Shown one piece after another: positions 9,260 to 19,267 of a DNA stretch of 22,234 nucleotides (the stretch's first letter is position 1; each line of letters begins with the position of its first letter). The stretch lies in assembly GCA_052055015.1 (NCBI GenBank), contig JBQJIT010000004.1; one strand, 5' to 3'. The notes under the pieces were generated by a model. The model was not told the origin of the DNA and searched no databases. It saw only the letters and a list, made by a program, of their open reading frames with translations. The position numbers were made by a program, and so were the translations under genes. Origin of the DNA: Malassezia furfur (lineage: Eukaryota).

Positions 9260-12200
9260 ATGATCGATGCCCAGGTGCCGCCCACGGGCCCTGCGGCTGG
9301 CGGTGCGGAGGACGAGCTGGCTACTCAGCTGTGCCACCGCTACTACCAAGGGATCTTTTATACCCAAATCCAGGAGAGTGTGTTGGTGGTGCTCAACCCC
9401 TTCCACACGCCGGTGGATGTGAATGGTGAAGAGACGCTGCGAGAGTATTGCCGCGCGTACCGTGACATGCGGTACACGACGAGCGACCGCAGCGTTCCGC
9501 CACATATCTTCCGTACGGCATCCGATGCCTATTTCTACATGCAGCGCACCGGCCAGGATCAAGCGCTCTTTTTCCTTGGCGAAACGGCGAGCGGAAAAAG
9601 CGAGGCACGTCGCCTTGCTGTGCGCGCAATTGTGGCACTCTCTGTGGCACTTCCCGGGAAGCGTGGCGCGCGACTTGGAGCGCAGTTACCAGCGGCGCAG
9701 TTCGCCATGGAGTGTTTTGGGAACGCCGAGTCGGACGAGAACCGTAATGCGTCCGGCATGGCGCTTTATTCCGAGCTGCAGTTTAGCAAAAACGGGCGAC
9801 TGGTCGGTATGAAGATGCTCAACTACTACCTTGAGCGCAGCCGGGTGTCGCCGCTACGCAGCATGGAGCGCACCTTCCACGTATTTTACCTGTTGATTGC
9901 CGGTGCCTCTCCCGAGGACCGCAACCGCTGGCGGTTTGACGATGTCCCGAGTTTCCGCCTGCTCACTGCGGGCGGCCGCGGTGCGCCGGTCAGCAGTGCT
10001 GAACAACTGGCTGGGCGGTACGCGCGCCTGCTGCATGCGCTCGACGTCGTCGGCATGCCGCCGGTGCAGCGCGCGGCAATGCTGGATGTGCTCGCGGCAA
10101 TTCTGCACCTGTCCAATTTGGACTTCGTGCGCGACAGCGGTCCCCACACGGCGGCACGCGTCACGTCTGAAGAACCACTGTATATTGCTGCGTCGTTGTT
10201 GGGCGTCGGTGCGAGTGCACTGGCGAATGCGGTGACGCACCTGACCAAAGTCGTGCGCGGCGACCTTTGCACCATTATGCTCGATGCCAATGGCGCTGCC
10301 GCGAACCGGGATGCGCTTATGCGCATGCTCTACTCGCTGTTGTTTGCGTGGCTGAATGAATTCCTTAACCAACACCTGTCCAGCGACCAGTTCCACGCGT
10401 ACATCGGTCTGCTCGATACGCCAGGGTGGACAAACCGTGTGCACAACTCGCTCGATCAGTTCGCGGTTAACTTTATGGCGGACACCGTGCATCGGCACAT
10501 GGCCGCGACGCTGCTGGAGCGCCGCACGGATGAGATGGACCGCGAAGGACTGTCGCACATGGCGCCGCTGCCCGTCGCGGCGGACGAGGCCGAGAGGCTT
10601 CGTCTGCTGACGCACTTCCCCGGCGGCCTGGTACACATCATGGACGACCAGACGCGCCGGCGTCCGCGCAAGACGGACGAGACGATGGTCACAGCGATGC
10701 AGAGGCGTTGGGTGAACCACGCGGCACTGCACATCGACACGTCCGACTCGCTAGGCCCCCCTTCGTTTGTCGTGACCCACTTCCACAGTGAGGTGTCGTA
10801 CGACCCGCACGCGTGGTTGGAGCGCAACGACGAGTCGTTTGCTCTGGAGCACGTATCGTTGCTGCGCGGCGCTGACCGGTCCCCCGACGGCACGACAGGG
10901 ATGGGCTCGTCGAACGCGTTTATCCGCAACCTGTTCAAGACTGCGGCGGTCTGGACGCAGCTGCCGATGCCCGACGGCGCCAATTTGCAGGGTACGCAGG
11001 CGGCGCTGCGTCCCCTGCGCGCCCCGTCAACAATCCGTGCACGGCGCAACGGCACGCTGCGGGGCGCCGCGTCGGGTCGCGCGCGCGACACCGACGCCGA
11101 CGAAGACACGTACGGGAGTGACCTGCAGCGTACGCCGGCCGTCGCGAAGCATGAGATGCCGTGTGTGCTGGGCGAGCTACAGAATGCGCTCGGCACGCTC
11201 ATGGAGGTCGTCGACGACGCTAAGCCGTGGTTCGTGCTGTGTGTGCGCCCCAACACGAACCAGCTCGCGAACCAGTGTGAGGCGCGCATGGTGCGCCGAC
11301 AGACGCACGCGCTGGGCCTTGCGCGCCTGCGTCACGGCCACGCGCGCGACTACAGCGTGACGCTGACCTATACCGAGTTCTGCGACCGGTACGGCACGTT
11401 GCCCGGTCTCGACTCGCTGCAGTTGCTGGGTGCGCCGAGTGCCGAGGCCAAGATGCGCGTGAGCGATGCATGTGCACTGATGAACTGGACCGATGCCTAC
11501 GTCGCAATGGGCATTCACAAGGTCTTTTTGTCGCATGACGTATTCCGCGAGCTAGAGGACAGTTTGCGCCAGCGCGACCCCGAAGAGGTGCAGTATACGC
11601 TGCGAAAGGCGGCCGCGGAAGACGACACGCCCGTGCAGGACGAGCCGTACTCGCCGTACATCGATGCGCCGCACGCGCCCGAGGACCTGCCGAACCCGTT
11701 CGAGGTGGTGGACGCGCCCCCGGCCGCCGCCTTTACGTATGCAGGCGAAGTCGACGCTGAAGAAACGCACAGCCTGTTGCAGCGCGATGCTGCCTCAGAA
11801 AAGGGGTGGGCGGACGAGTCCGTGTTTATGGACGACGCGCTGGATGCCGGCCCGGGCGACACTGGGACGGCCGATGGGCCGCGGGTCACCGAGAAGCTGC
11901 GCGTCTCGGCACTGCGGCGGCACTGGGTGGCATTAACGTGGTTGTTCACGTGGTGGATCCCGTCGCTGGTGCTGAAGCGGTTCAAGCGGTTCAAGCGGTC
12001 GGACGTGCGCATGGCGTGGCGCGAGAAGCTGCTGATCAACATGATCATCTGGTTCATCTGCCTGTGCTCCATCTTTGTAATTGTGTTTTTGGGCAACGTG
12101 GTGTGCCCGACGCAGCACCTATACAGCACCACGGAGCTGTCTGGCTACAAAGGCAAGCATGCATACACGGCGATCCGTGGCGAAGTGTTCAACCTGAACG

Positions 12201-15076
12201 GCATCATATCGGGCCACCGCGCAGCGATCCCCGTCATCTCGAGCAAGACGCTGCAGCAGTATGCGGGCACCGACGCGACCAACATCTTCCCTGTCCAGGT
12301 CAACGCGCTGTGCAACGGCGTCACGGGCAGCATCTCGCCCTGGGTCACGCTCGACAACAACAACAACACGGACGCCAACGCCCAGTACCACGATTTCCGT
12401 GCGTACCGTGGCGTGGATGTACGCCCCGACTGGTATTACGAGCAGATGTGGTACATGCGCAGCCGCTTCCGTGTGGGGATGATTGGGTACACGCCCAAGG
12501 AGATCGACAACGCCAAGCAGGACGGCCGGACGCTCGCGGTGTACAACAAGGAGATTTACGAGATCACCGACTACATCTCCCAGGGCAACCAGGGCGGTGT
12601 GCTGGTGCCTGACGGCATGGCGCCCCCACCCAACCTGGACCGCACGATTTTGGCCCCAGAGATTGTGAGTCTCATGGCACAGAACCCCGGGGCAGATATT
12701 ACGCAGCAGCTGGACCGCCTGCCGCTCGATCCAGCAGTGCTGGGCCGGCAGCGTGTGTGTTTGCGCAACCTGTACTTTATCGGGAGGCTCGACGAGCGCA
12801 ATTCGGCTCGGTGCACCTTTTCCAAGTACATCCTGCTCGCGCTCTCGGTCATTATGGTTGCTACCATCGGTTTCAAGTTCTTTGCGGCGCTACAGTTTGG
12901 CGGCGCGCGACCACCAGAGGAGCAAGACAAGTTTGTGATCTGCCAGGTGCCGTGTTACACCGAGGACACCGACTCGATCCGTAAGACGGTCAACTCGCTG
13001 GCCAAGCTCAAGTACGACGACCGGCGCAAGTTGCTCATCCTCGTCTGTGACGGCAATATTGTGGGCGCGGGCAACGATGCGCCCACGCCACAGCTCGTTC
13101 TTGATTTGCTCGGCGCTGACACAAGCCAAGAGGCGGAGCCGTACAGTTTTGTGTCGCTTGGCGAGGGCAGCAAGCAGCACAACATGGCGCGTGTCTACAG
13201 CGGACTGTACGAGCACGCCGGACATATGGTACCATACCTGGTGATCGCCAAGTGCGGACGCCCCACTGAGACCACCAAGCCGGGCAACCGCGGGAAGCGC
13301 GACTCGCAGCTGGTGCTGATGCGCTTTTTGAACAAGGTGCACTTCGGTCTACCCATGTGCCCGCTCGAGCTTGAGATGTACCACCAGATCAAGAACGTCA
13401 TCGGGGTCAACCCGTCGTTCTACGAGTACATCCTGCAGGTGGACGCCGACACCGAAGTCGAGCCCACGGCGCTCACGCGCATGGTCGCAAGCTTTGTGCA
13501 CGACAAGAAGATCATTGGGTTGTGTGGCGAGACGGCCATATCCAATGAGCAACAGAGTCTCACGACGATGCTACAGGTGTACGAGTACTACATCTCGCAC
13601 CACATGGTCAAGGCGTTTGAAAGCCTGTTTGGCTCGATCACCTGTTTGCCGGGGTGCTTCTCCATGTTCCGCATCCGCACGCCGGACACACAGCGCCCGC
13701 TATTCATCGCCAATAGCGTGCTGGAGGACTACTCGGAGAACCGTGTCGATACCCTGCACCTCAAGAACCTGCTGTACCTCGGTGAGGACCGCTACCTTAC
13801 TACGCTTGTGCTCAAGCACTTCCCGGACTACAAGACGGTATTTGTGCGCCATGCACGCTGCACCACCACCGTGCCGGACAGCTGGCGCGTGCTTCTCTCG
13901 CAGCGGCGCCGTTGGATCAATTCGACCGTGCACAACCTTGTCGAGCTGCTGCGCACTCCGCAGCTGTGTGGTTTCTGCTTGTTCTCAATGCGCTTCGTCG
14001 TGATGCTAGACCTGCTCTCGACCATCATTGCACCGGTAACGATTGGCTACCTCGTTTACCTCGTCGTGGTGGTCTCGGTGGATGGCGGTACCATCCCGCT
14101 CACTTCCATCATGCTTCTCGCGGCGATCTACGGCCTGCAGGCGATCATCTTCCTGCTGCACCGCCGCTTTGATATGATCGGATGGATGGTGGTGTATATT
14201 CTCGCACTGCCTGTCTGGTCTCTCATCCTCCCGCTCTATTCCTTCTGGCACATGGACGACTTCTCGTGGGGCAATACGCGTATCGTCACCGGGGAGAACG
14301 GTGAAAAACTGGTGGTGCACAACGAAGGTACCTTCGACCCCGCTGAGATCCCGCACATGACCTGGGAAGAGTACGAAAACGGCCTCTGGGAGAACCGCAC
14401 GGGCGTCTCCGACCCCGAGGCGTTTGCGCGCCACGTGCCAATGAGCAAGTCGACGCGTGCGCTACTCCAGCGCAACCCGAGCCTGTACGGGTACGCGTCG
14501 CACCCCGTGCCAGAGTACACGGAGCCGGAGGCGATGTACGCCAGCTACTACACCGACGAATCCGACCCGCGTCTGTCCAAGCCTCCACTCGACGAAGCTC
14601 CAGACGCGTCGTGGGGTGCGCACGAATCCGTCTCGCTACTCCCTCGCGGCGGTGGCTACGACATGGCACCGTCTGCAAAGCGGCCCTTCAGCCTCGCAAC
14701 CTACAACCCCTCGTCCGTGGGACACGGCACCGAGTACAAGGACGACGCCTATGGTCTCGATCCGCCACATGCCGAGCCGCTCATCGACACGCATCCGGCG
14801 CCGATGCAGCCGAGCGCGTACACCTATGAGTCGGCTGCACCGGCGCCTGCGTCCGTGCCTGCAACCCCTCCGACATTCGCCGAGGCGCGGCGAAACCGAC
14901 TGCCGCGTGATGAAGTGATCCGCTATGACATCCGGACGATCATTGCGCACAGCGATCTGACGACCGTCACCAAGCGACAGGTGCGCAATCAGCTCCAAGA
15001 ACGCTATGGGTGCCCGATTGACGAAAAGAAGGCCTACATCAATGCGCAGATCGAGGCGGCGCTGCGCGACGTGTGA
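9260..15076 (+). CDS. Chitin synthase with N-terminal myosin motor-like domain (class V, Mcs1/CsmA type), 1938 aa
   Basis: Single long ORF. Myosin-like head (PPHIF, P-loop GETASGKS, NYYLERSRV, ERTFHVFY), cytochrome b5-like region (AIRGEVFNL), GT2 motifs QVDADT, GEDRYLT and QRRRW (13901-13915), WHMDDFSWGNTR, and a C-terminal DEK_C-like domain. Confidence 0.96.
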   Translation: MIDAQVPPTGPAAGGAEDELATQLCHRYYQGIFYTQIQESVLVVLNPFHTPVDVNGEETLREYCRAYRDMRYTTSDRSVPPHIFRTASDAYFYMQRTGQDQALFFLGETASGKSEARRLAVRAIVALSVALPGKRGARLGAQLPAAQFAMECFGNAESDENRNASGMALYSELQFSKNGRLVGMKMLNYYLERSRVSPLRSMERTFHVFYLLIAGASPEDRNRWRFDDVPSFRLLTAGGRGAPVSSAEQLAGRYARLLHALDVVGMPPVQRAAMLDVLAAILHLSNLDFVRDSGPHTAARVTSEEPLYIAASLLGVGASALANAVTHLTKVVRGDLCTIMLDANGAAANRDALMRMLYSLLFAWLNEFLNQHLSSDQFHAYIGLLDTPGWTNRVHNSLDQFAVNFMADTVHRHMAATLLERRTDEMDREGLSHMAPLPVAADEAERLRLLTHFPGGLVHIMDDQTRRRPRKTDETMVTAMQRRWVNHAALHIDTSDSLGPPSFVVTHFHSEVSYDPHAWLERNDESFALEHVSLLRGADRSPDGTTGMGSSNAFIRNLFKTAAVWTQLPMPDGANLQGTQAALRPLRAPSTIRARRNGTLRGAASGRARDTDADEDTYGSDLQRTPAVAKHEMPCVLGELQNALGTLMEVVDDAKPWFVLCVRPNTNQLANQCEARMVRRQTHALGLARLRHGHARDYSVTLTYTEFCDRYGTLPGLDSLQLLGAPSAEAKMRVSDACALMNWTDAYVAMGIHKVFLSHDVFRELEDSLRQRDPEEVQYTLRKAAAEDDTPVQDEPYSPYIDAPHAPEDLPNPFEVVDAPPAAAFTYAGEVDAEETHSLLQRDAASEKGWADESVFMDDALDAGPGDTGTADGPRVTEKLRVSALRRHWVALTWLFTWWIPSLVLKRFKRFKRSDVRMAWREKLLINMIIWFICLCSIFVIVFLGNVVCPTQHLYSTTELSGYKGKHAYTAIRGEVFNLNGIISGHRAAIPVISSKTLQQYAGTDATNIFPVQVNALCNGVTGSISPWVTLDNNNNTDANAQYHDFRAYRGVDVRPDWYYEQMWYMRSRFRVGMIGYTPKEIDNAKQDGRTLAVYNKEIYEITDYISQGNQGGVLVPDGMAPPPNLDRTILAPEIVSLMAQNPGADITQQLDRLPLDPAVLGRQRVCLRNLYFIGRLDERNSARCTFSKYILLALSVIMVATIGFKFFAALQFGGARPPEEQDKFVICQVPCYTEDTDSIRKTVNSLAKLKYDDRRKLLILVCDGNIVGAGNDAPTPQLVLDLLGADTSQEAEPYSFVSLGEGSKQHNMARVYSGLYEHAGHMVPYLVIAKCGRPTETTKPGNRGKRDSQLVLMRFLNKVHFGLPMCPLELEMYHQIKNVIGVNPSFYEYILQVDADTEVEPTALTRMVASFVHDKKIIGLCGETAISNEQQSLTTMLQVYEYYISHHMVKAFESLFGSITCLPGCFSMFRIRTPDTQRPLFIANSVLEDYSENRVDTLHLKNLLYLGEDRYLTTLVLKHFPDYKTVFVRHARCTTTVPDSWRVLLSQRRRWINSTVHNLVELLRTPQLCGFCLFSMRFVVMLDLLSTIIAPVTIGYLVYLVVVVSVDGGTIPLTSIMLLAAIYGLQAIIFLLHRRFDMIGWMVVYILALPVWSLILPLYSFWHMDDFSWGNTRIVTGENGEKLVVHNEGTFDPAEIPHMTWEEYENGLWENRTGVSDPEAFARHVPMSKSTRALLQRNPSLYGYASHPVPEYTEPEAMYASYYTDESDPRLSKPPLDEAPDASWGAHESVSLLPRGGGYDMAPSAKRPFSLATYNPSSVGHGTEYKDDAYGLDPPHAEPLIDTHPAPMQPSAYTYESAAPAPASVPATPPTFAEARRNRLPRDEVIRYDIRTIIAHSDLTTVTKRQVRNQLQERYGCPIDEKKAYINAQIEAALRDV

Positions 15077-15123
15077 GGGTCGGCGCGCGGACAAACATCA
15101 ATGAGCGAAACTGTACATTTTTT

Positions 15124-16247
15124 TTAGCGCATGATTTCTTCGTAGATCAATCGTTTCAGCTCTTCACGCGACAGCGGCGCCTTGGCCGAGTCGGCATCAA
15201 AGAAGCTCGGGTCCAGCGGCTCGGCGTCCGGCTCGTCATTGGGGTCGTGATAGGGCTCAAGGTAGGGATGGGCTAGCGCGTCTTCCACAGTGATGCGCTT
15301 CCGAGGCGAGAACTCGAGGAGCCGCTCGAGCAGGTCAATGGCAAGCGGGTCGGCATTCGGGAAGAGTGTCGCAAAGTTTTTGCGCTTGCAGAAGGGGAGG
15401 GAGCGGATGTAGTCCCGCGACCGAGCCGAGTTGATCGCATAAAAGTCGTCCAGCGACGGAGTGCCCAGCACTTCAAGGATCAGTGACAGCTGGTGGTGGT
15501 AATCGCGTCCGGGGAAGAGCGGGCGGCCCGAGAGCATTTCGGCGAAGATGCAGCCAACGGACCAGAGGTCGATGGCCTTGGTATATTCCTTGAAGGTAAG
15601 CATGATTTCCGGCGCCCGGTACCACCGTGTCGCAACATATTCCGTCAGGAACGCCTTGCCGTCCGGCTCCGGCTGGTCCGCACTGCGTGCAAGACCAAAG
15701 TCGCAAATCTTCAGGTCGCAATTGGCGTTCAAGAGCAGGTTAGTCGGCTTCAAGTCGCGGTGCAAAACGCCCGCCGAGTGCAGCGCCTTGAGGCCACGCA
15801 GGATTTGATAGACAAAGTATTGATAATGGTCATTGGATAGATTCTGCGTCCGGATCACGCGATGCATGTCCGTCTCCATAAGCTCCTGGATGAGGTGCAC
15901 TTCGGTAAACGACTCGAGCGACGCGGGCCGAACGATGTCGAGAATGGAGATGATGTTCTCGTGGTGAAAGTGGCGCAGCAGCCGGATTTCCCGCAGTGTG
16001 CGCAGGCAGAACATCTGATGGTCAAACGGCGAGATGCGCTTGACAGCGACGCGCGTGGACGTGGGCAGGTGTACGGCCGAACTGGGTGAGCAATAGACCA
16101 ACGTACTACACCACGCCGTAGGCGCCCTCGCCCACGGTCTTGATCAGGCGGGCGGTATGTTCCGCCCAGCTGTGGTCCTGCAGTACCATCTGTGGTCGTC
16201 GGTGCGACGGAGGTCGCGCCCGCACGCGTAGGGTCGACGTTATTCAT
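15124..16247 (-). CDS. MAP kinase of the Fus3/Kss1 (Kpp2/Ubc3-like, TEY) class; exon 1 carries an apparent 4-bp frameshift
   Basis: Exon 2 is 16081-15124; 25-nt intron 16106-16082. Motifs [60 protein letters not shown] 16247 is out of frame because GCGG is duplicated at 16148-16155; ATG 16189 is in frame (346 aa). Confidence 0.9.
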
Positions 16248-16522
16248 TAGCTTGTGTCAGGCCTCGACCGAGGGACGTCGCCAAGGCTGGGTCCGCACGC
16301 CGAGAGCACCAATTTCGGTCACGTGTCACATCATGTTGGGGAAGCCCGACGACGCTCCCGATTTGGCGCTGTGGGACTTGGCAAGCGAGGGGAAGGGGAC
16401 TGTCGCGTGGCAATTTCCCCGCCGACCGCGTGCGCGCATTTGAGATCGACTTTGCCTTAAACGAGACACGCTGTATCGCTCAGGCAGTTGGTTCGATCTT
16501 AGCTTCGCTGCTCCCTGGAAGC

Positions 16523-19090
16523 ATGCCACAGGCCTATGCGCTATCGCAGCAGGGGGTAGGAGCTAATGCTCATCCTCGTCGCCCTCCATCAACCTGGTCA
16601 GCTGCATCCAGGGACAATCATGATGGGGCCGACGATCGTGTGAAGTACTCCCACTCAGGGGTCAACATCCTCGACATTCTCACGCGCGTGAGCCAGCGCA
16701 GCTCTCCGCAGGTGAGTTTGGGGCCGGTGGATATGACTTGCGCGATGAGCGTTGCACGTGTTTCTGTCAACAACGCATCCCGCATGCTACAGATCGAATA
16801 CGGGGATGTTAGCGACGAGTTTTTGCGGCTCGTGGGACAGACGCGCGATCGTGTCGTAGGCCAAGAGCCTGGAAATGTACTCCCATGTGCCAACTATGAG
16901 GTGCAGCGCGTGCGCCGAATGTACGCGGCAGCAGCGAATGGTGTAGAACAGCAGGCGGTGATGGAGCTGACAGGTCCCAAACAGCAAACATTCTATGTGC
17001 TCATGACGTTGATTCCGCTGCGATACACGGGTCGCCGAGATCATCGCGCAATTTCTCGCGGCATTGAGTGGATTGTGGGCTTTCAGGCGGAAGTGACGCC
17101 GGGTGACCTCCCACACATGCTAAGTCTTATCCACAACAGCCAAGGACCGTTGGACCCGTTGGAGCCGCAGAAACTCGCCAAGGAGTCGCCAAGCAAGCCC
17201 CCGCCTCCCGAGACCTCGCATGAATGGCATGACCTCGTGGCCGAGACAGGTGATGCGGGGACCGTGTACTTCGTTACCTGGCATGACGTCCTACAATATG
17301 TCTCAGCGTCCGTCGAAACCCAACTTGGCTACCGCGCCGACGAGCTAATCGGCAAGCCCGTGGAGGAGCTGTGTCATCCAAACGACATGGTTGCGCTCTT
17401 CCGTGAGCTCAAAGGGATCAAGAACAAGACGGGCAAAATGCCCAATGCCCGTGCGCGATTTCCAGTCAAGCCTGTGCGCCTCGACGAGAGCGTATCACAG
17501 CACATGATCCTCGCTGAGGTCAATGGCCTGCTGCGTTTCAAACACAAGACTGAGGGGCTTATCTGGATGGAATCATCGGCGCGCCTTGTGCAGCAGCAGG
17601 GCGCTCCTGGACGACGGGCGCGCTCGGTAATTGCTGTTTCGGGATGGCGTCACAAAAATCCGATGGCGTCTCAATCGGATCTACTCGACGGAAAGAGAAT
17701 GGCCAATTCACCCAAGGTCGTGCAGGCCCAGGTGATGCAGCTTGCACAGGCGCAACAAGCACAAGCCAAGCAGGCACAGATACAACAGACACAACAGACA
17801 CAGCTGCAGCAGGCACAGCTACGACAGGCACAGGTTCAGCAGGCACAGGCTCAGCAGGCACAGGCCCAGCAGGCACAAACCCAGCAGGCACAGGCCCAGC
17901 AGGCACAGGCTCAGCACGCCGCCGACCAGGCCAAGCACGCTGCCATGCAAGCACAGCAGGCTGCCCAGCAAGCGCGACGTGTACAGGAGGTGCAGCACGC
18001 ACAGCACGCACAGCACGCACAGCAGATGCAGCGTGTCGAACAAGAGCGCGCTACGCACTCGCGCTCGGCGTCGATGGAGAACAAGGCCCACCCCAATCTG
18101 CCCTTGTGGCTGACACTTTCGGCCATGGGTCTGATTCTGCAGTGCTTTGAGCAGACCGACGCCGACACGGTGCAGCCTGTGGACGAGCCCGAGATCCCTC
18201 TGCGGATTGGTTTTGTGCTTCCGAATGTGATGCAGCAAGAGGTCATGCTCCAGATCCAGAAGGCATTTATGCATGGCGCAAAGCAGCCCGTGAGCATCGC
18301 TACATGGATCTCCAATACGCCCGTGATCACCACCTGGATTCCGCTCTCGCCGGAGCTTACGAGTCCGTCGCTGGAGCAGATGGGTGTGCAGATGTTGGTG
18401 CGTTTGGACATTTGCCGCAACGGCTTTGATCGTGCGCCGCATCGGCTCTTTTCCCCGGACGAGGCGTGGTTGACGGTGCCTTCGGGGTTGCGGCAAAACG
18501 GCCCAGAGGAGGCGACGTTGGAGCCGACCGCCCCGACGCTTGCGTCCTTCGATATGGGTCCCTCGCCCTCGCAGGTATCTGACCGGTCGTCGTCCGTGGT
18601 CAGTGGCCAAAACTTTTTCCCATGGGGCTCCAGCGATGAGGCCTGGTCGCAATGGTCACACTTTCGCGGACCCAGCGCTGAAGAACCAGATCCGCTGACA
18701 CCTGGCTCAATTTCATCGTTACTGTGGAACATCAGTTCAACCAGCGACACAGGGATGGACACCGACGGTGGACAGAGGACGCCGACGTCGGTACCGATGC
18801 AAGGCGCTAGAACGCGCGACGCCGACTTGTCGCAGTATACATCGCACTTTTCGGCGCCGCTTGCGGCGGGGATGAACACGGCCGCGCCGCTCGTCGGCAT
18901 GCCTCTCAATGAGTTTTTAACCCAAAGCGGGCTAACGCCGATCCCGTCGGACAGCCTGCCGGGCGCAGAGAAGAATTGGTCCGCGGAGATGTTCCCAGTG
19001 TCGATGTCGTCCAATGCGCCGTCGCACTACATCTCGGACACCTCCCAACATCAAGCGCAGTCGCATGACTTCGGTTTTTGGCCCTACTAA
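16523..19090 (+). CDS. White collar-1-like protein with degenerate LOV domain, PAS domain and Gln/Ala-rich repeat, about 855 aa
   Basis: WC-1-like pre-LOV cap ([33 protein letters not shown]), LOV-like core ending WIVGFQ, and PAS segment [39 protein letters not shown]. No GATA finger, as expected for basidiomycete WC-1. First ATG at 16523. Confidence 0.75.
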   Translation: MPQAYALSQQGVGANAHPRRPPSTWSAASRDNHDGADDRVKYSHSGVNILDILTRVSQRSSPQVSLGPVDMTCAMSVARVSVNNASRMLQIEYGDVSDEFLRLVGQTRDRVVGQEPGNVLPCANYEVQRVRRMYAAAANGVEQQAVMELTGPKQQTFYVLMTLIPLRYTGRRDHRAISRGIEWIVGFQAEVTPGDLPHMLSLIHNSQGPLDPLEPQKLAKESPSKPPPPETSHEWHDLVAETGDAGTVYFVTWHDVLQYVSASVETQLGYRADELIGKPVEELCHPNDMVALFRELKGIKNKTGKMPNARARFPVKPVRLDESVSQHMILAEVNGLLRFKHKTEGLIWMESSARLVQQQGAPGRRARSVIAVSGWRHKNPMASQSDLLDGKRMANSPKVVQAQVMQLAQAQQAQAKQAQIQQTQQTQLQQAQLRQAQVQQAQAQQAQAQQAQTQQAQAQQAQAQHAADQAKHAAMQAQQAAQQARRVQEVQHAQHAQHAQQMQRVEQERATHSRSASMENKAHPNLPLWLTLSAMGLILQCFEQTDADTVQPVDEPEIPLRIGFVLPNVMQQEVMLQIQKAFMHGAKQPVSIATWISNTPVITTWIPLSPELTSPSLEQMGVQMLVRLDICRNGFDRAPHRLFSPDEAWLTVPSGLRQNGPEEATLEPTAPTLASFDMGPSPSQVSDRSSSVVSGQNFFPWGSSDEAWSQWSHFRGPSAEEPDPLTPGSISSLLWNISSTSDTGMDTDGGQRTPTSVPMQGARTRDADLSQYTSHFSAPLAAGMNTAAPLVGMPLNEFLTQSGLTPIPSDSLPGAEKNWSAEMFPVSMSSNAPSHYISDTSQHQAQSHDFGFWPY
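17740..18030 (+). repeat. Coding minisatellite: 15-nt CAGCAGGCACAGGCY units (QQAQA), then 9-nt CAGCACGCA units (QHA)
   Basis: Directly visible tandem units at about 17806-17915, and QHA x3 at about 17993-18019. Confidence 0.85.
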
Positions 19091-19267
19091 GGATAGCGCG
19101 CGCCGCGCTCGACGATACCCATAGCACGGTGGCCGGTCCACCTTGATACCCATCTATCGGGGCGCGATGCCCGATCCTCACGTGGTGTGCGCGCGAAGAC
19201 GCGCTGGGTGCGCAGTGCAGGCATCTCCACCAACCTACACCGTCGCTACCTGCTCCGTCTGCCGTGC

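Noticed and set aside
11975..12000. 9-bp tandem AAGCGGTTC repeat (KRFKRFKRS) in the chitin synthase
   Set aside because: In-frame, short, in a basic loop next to a TM segment; no evidence of separate function.
17806..17915. Repeat array superficially like a CRISPR
   Set aside because: No spacers, eukaryotic context, and it encodes an in-frame Gln/Ala tract.
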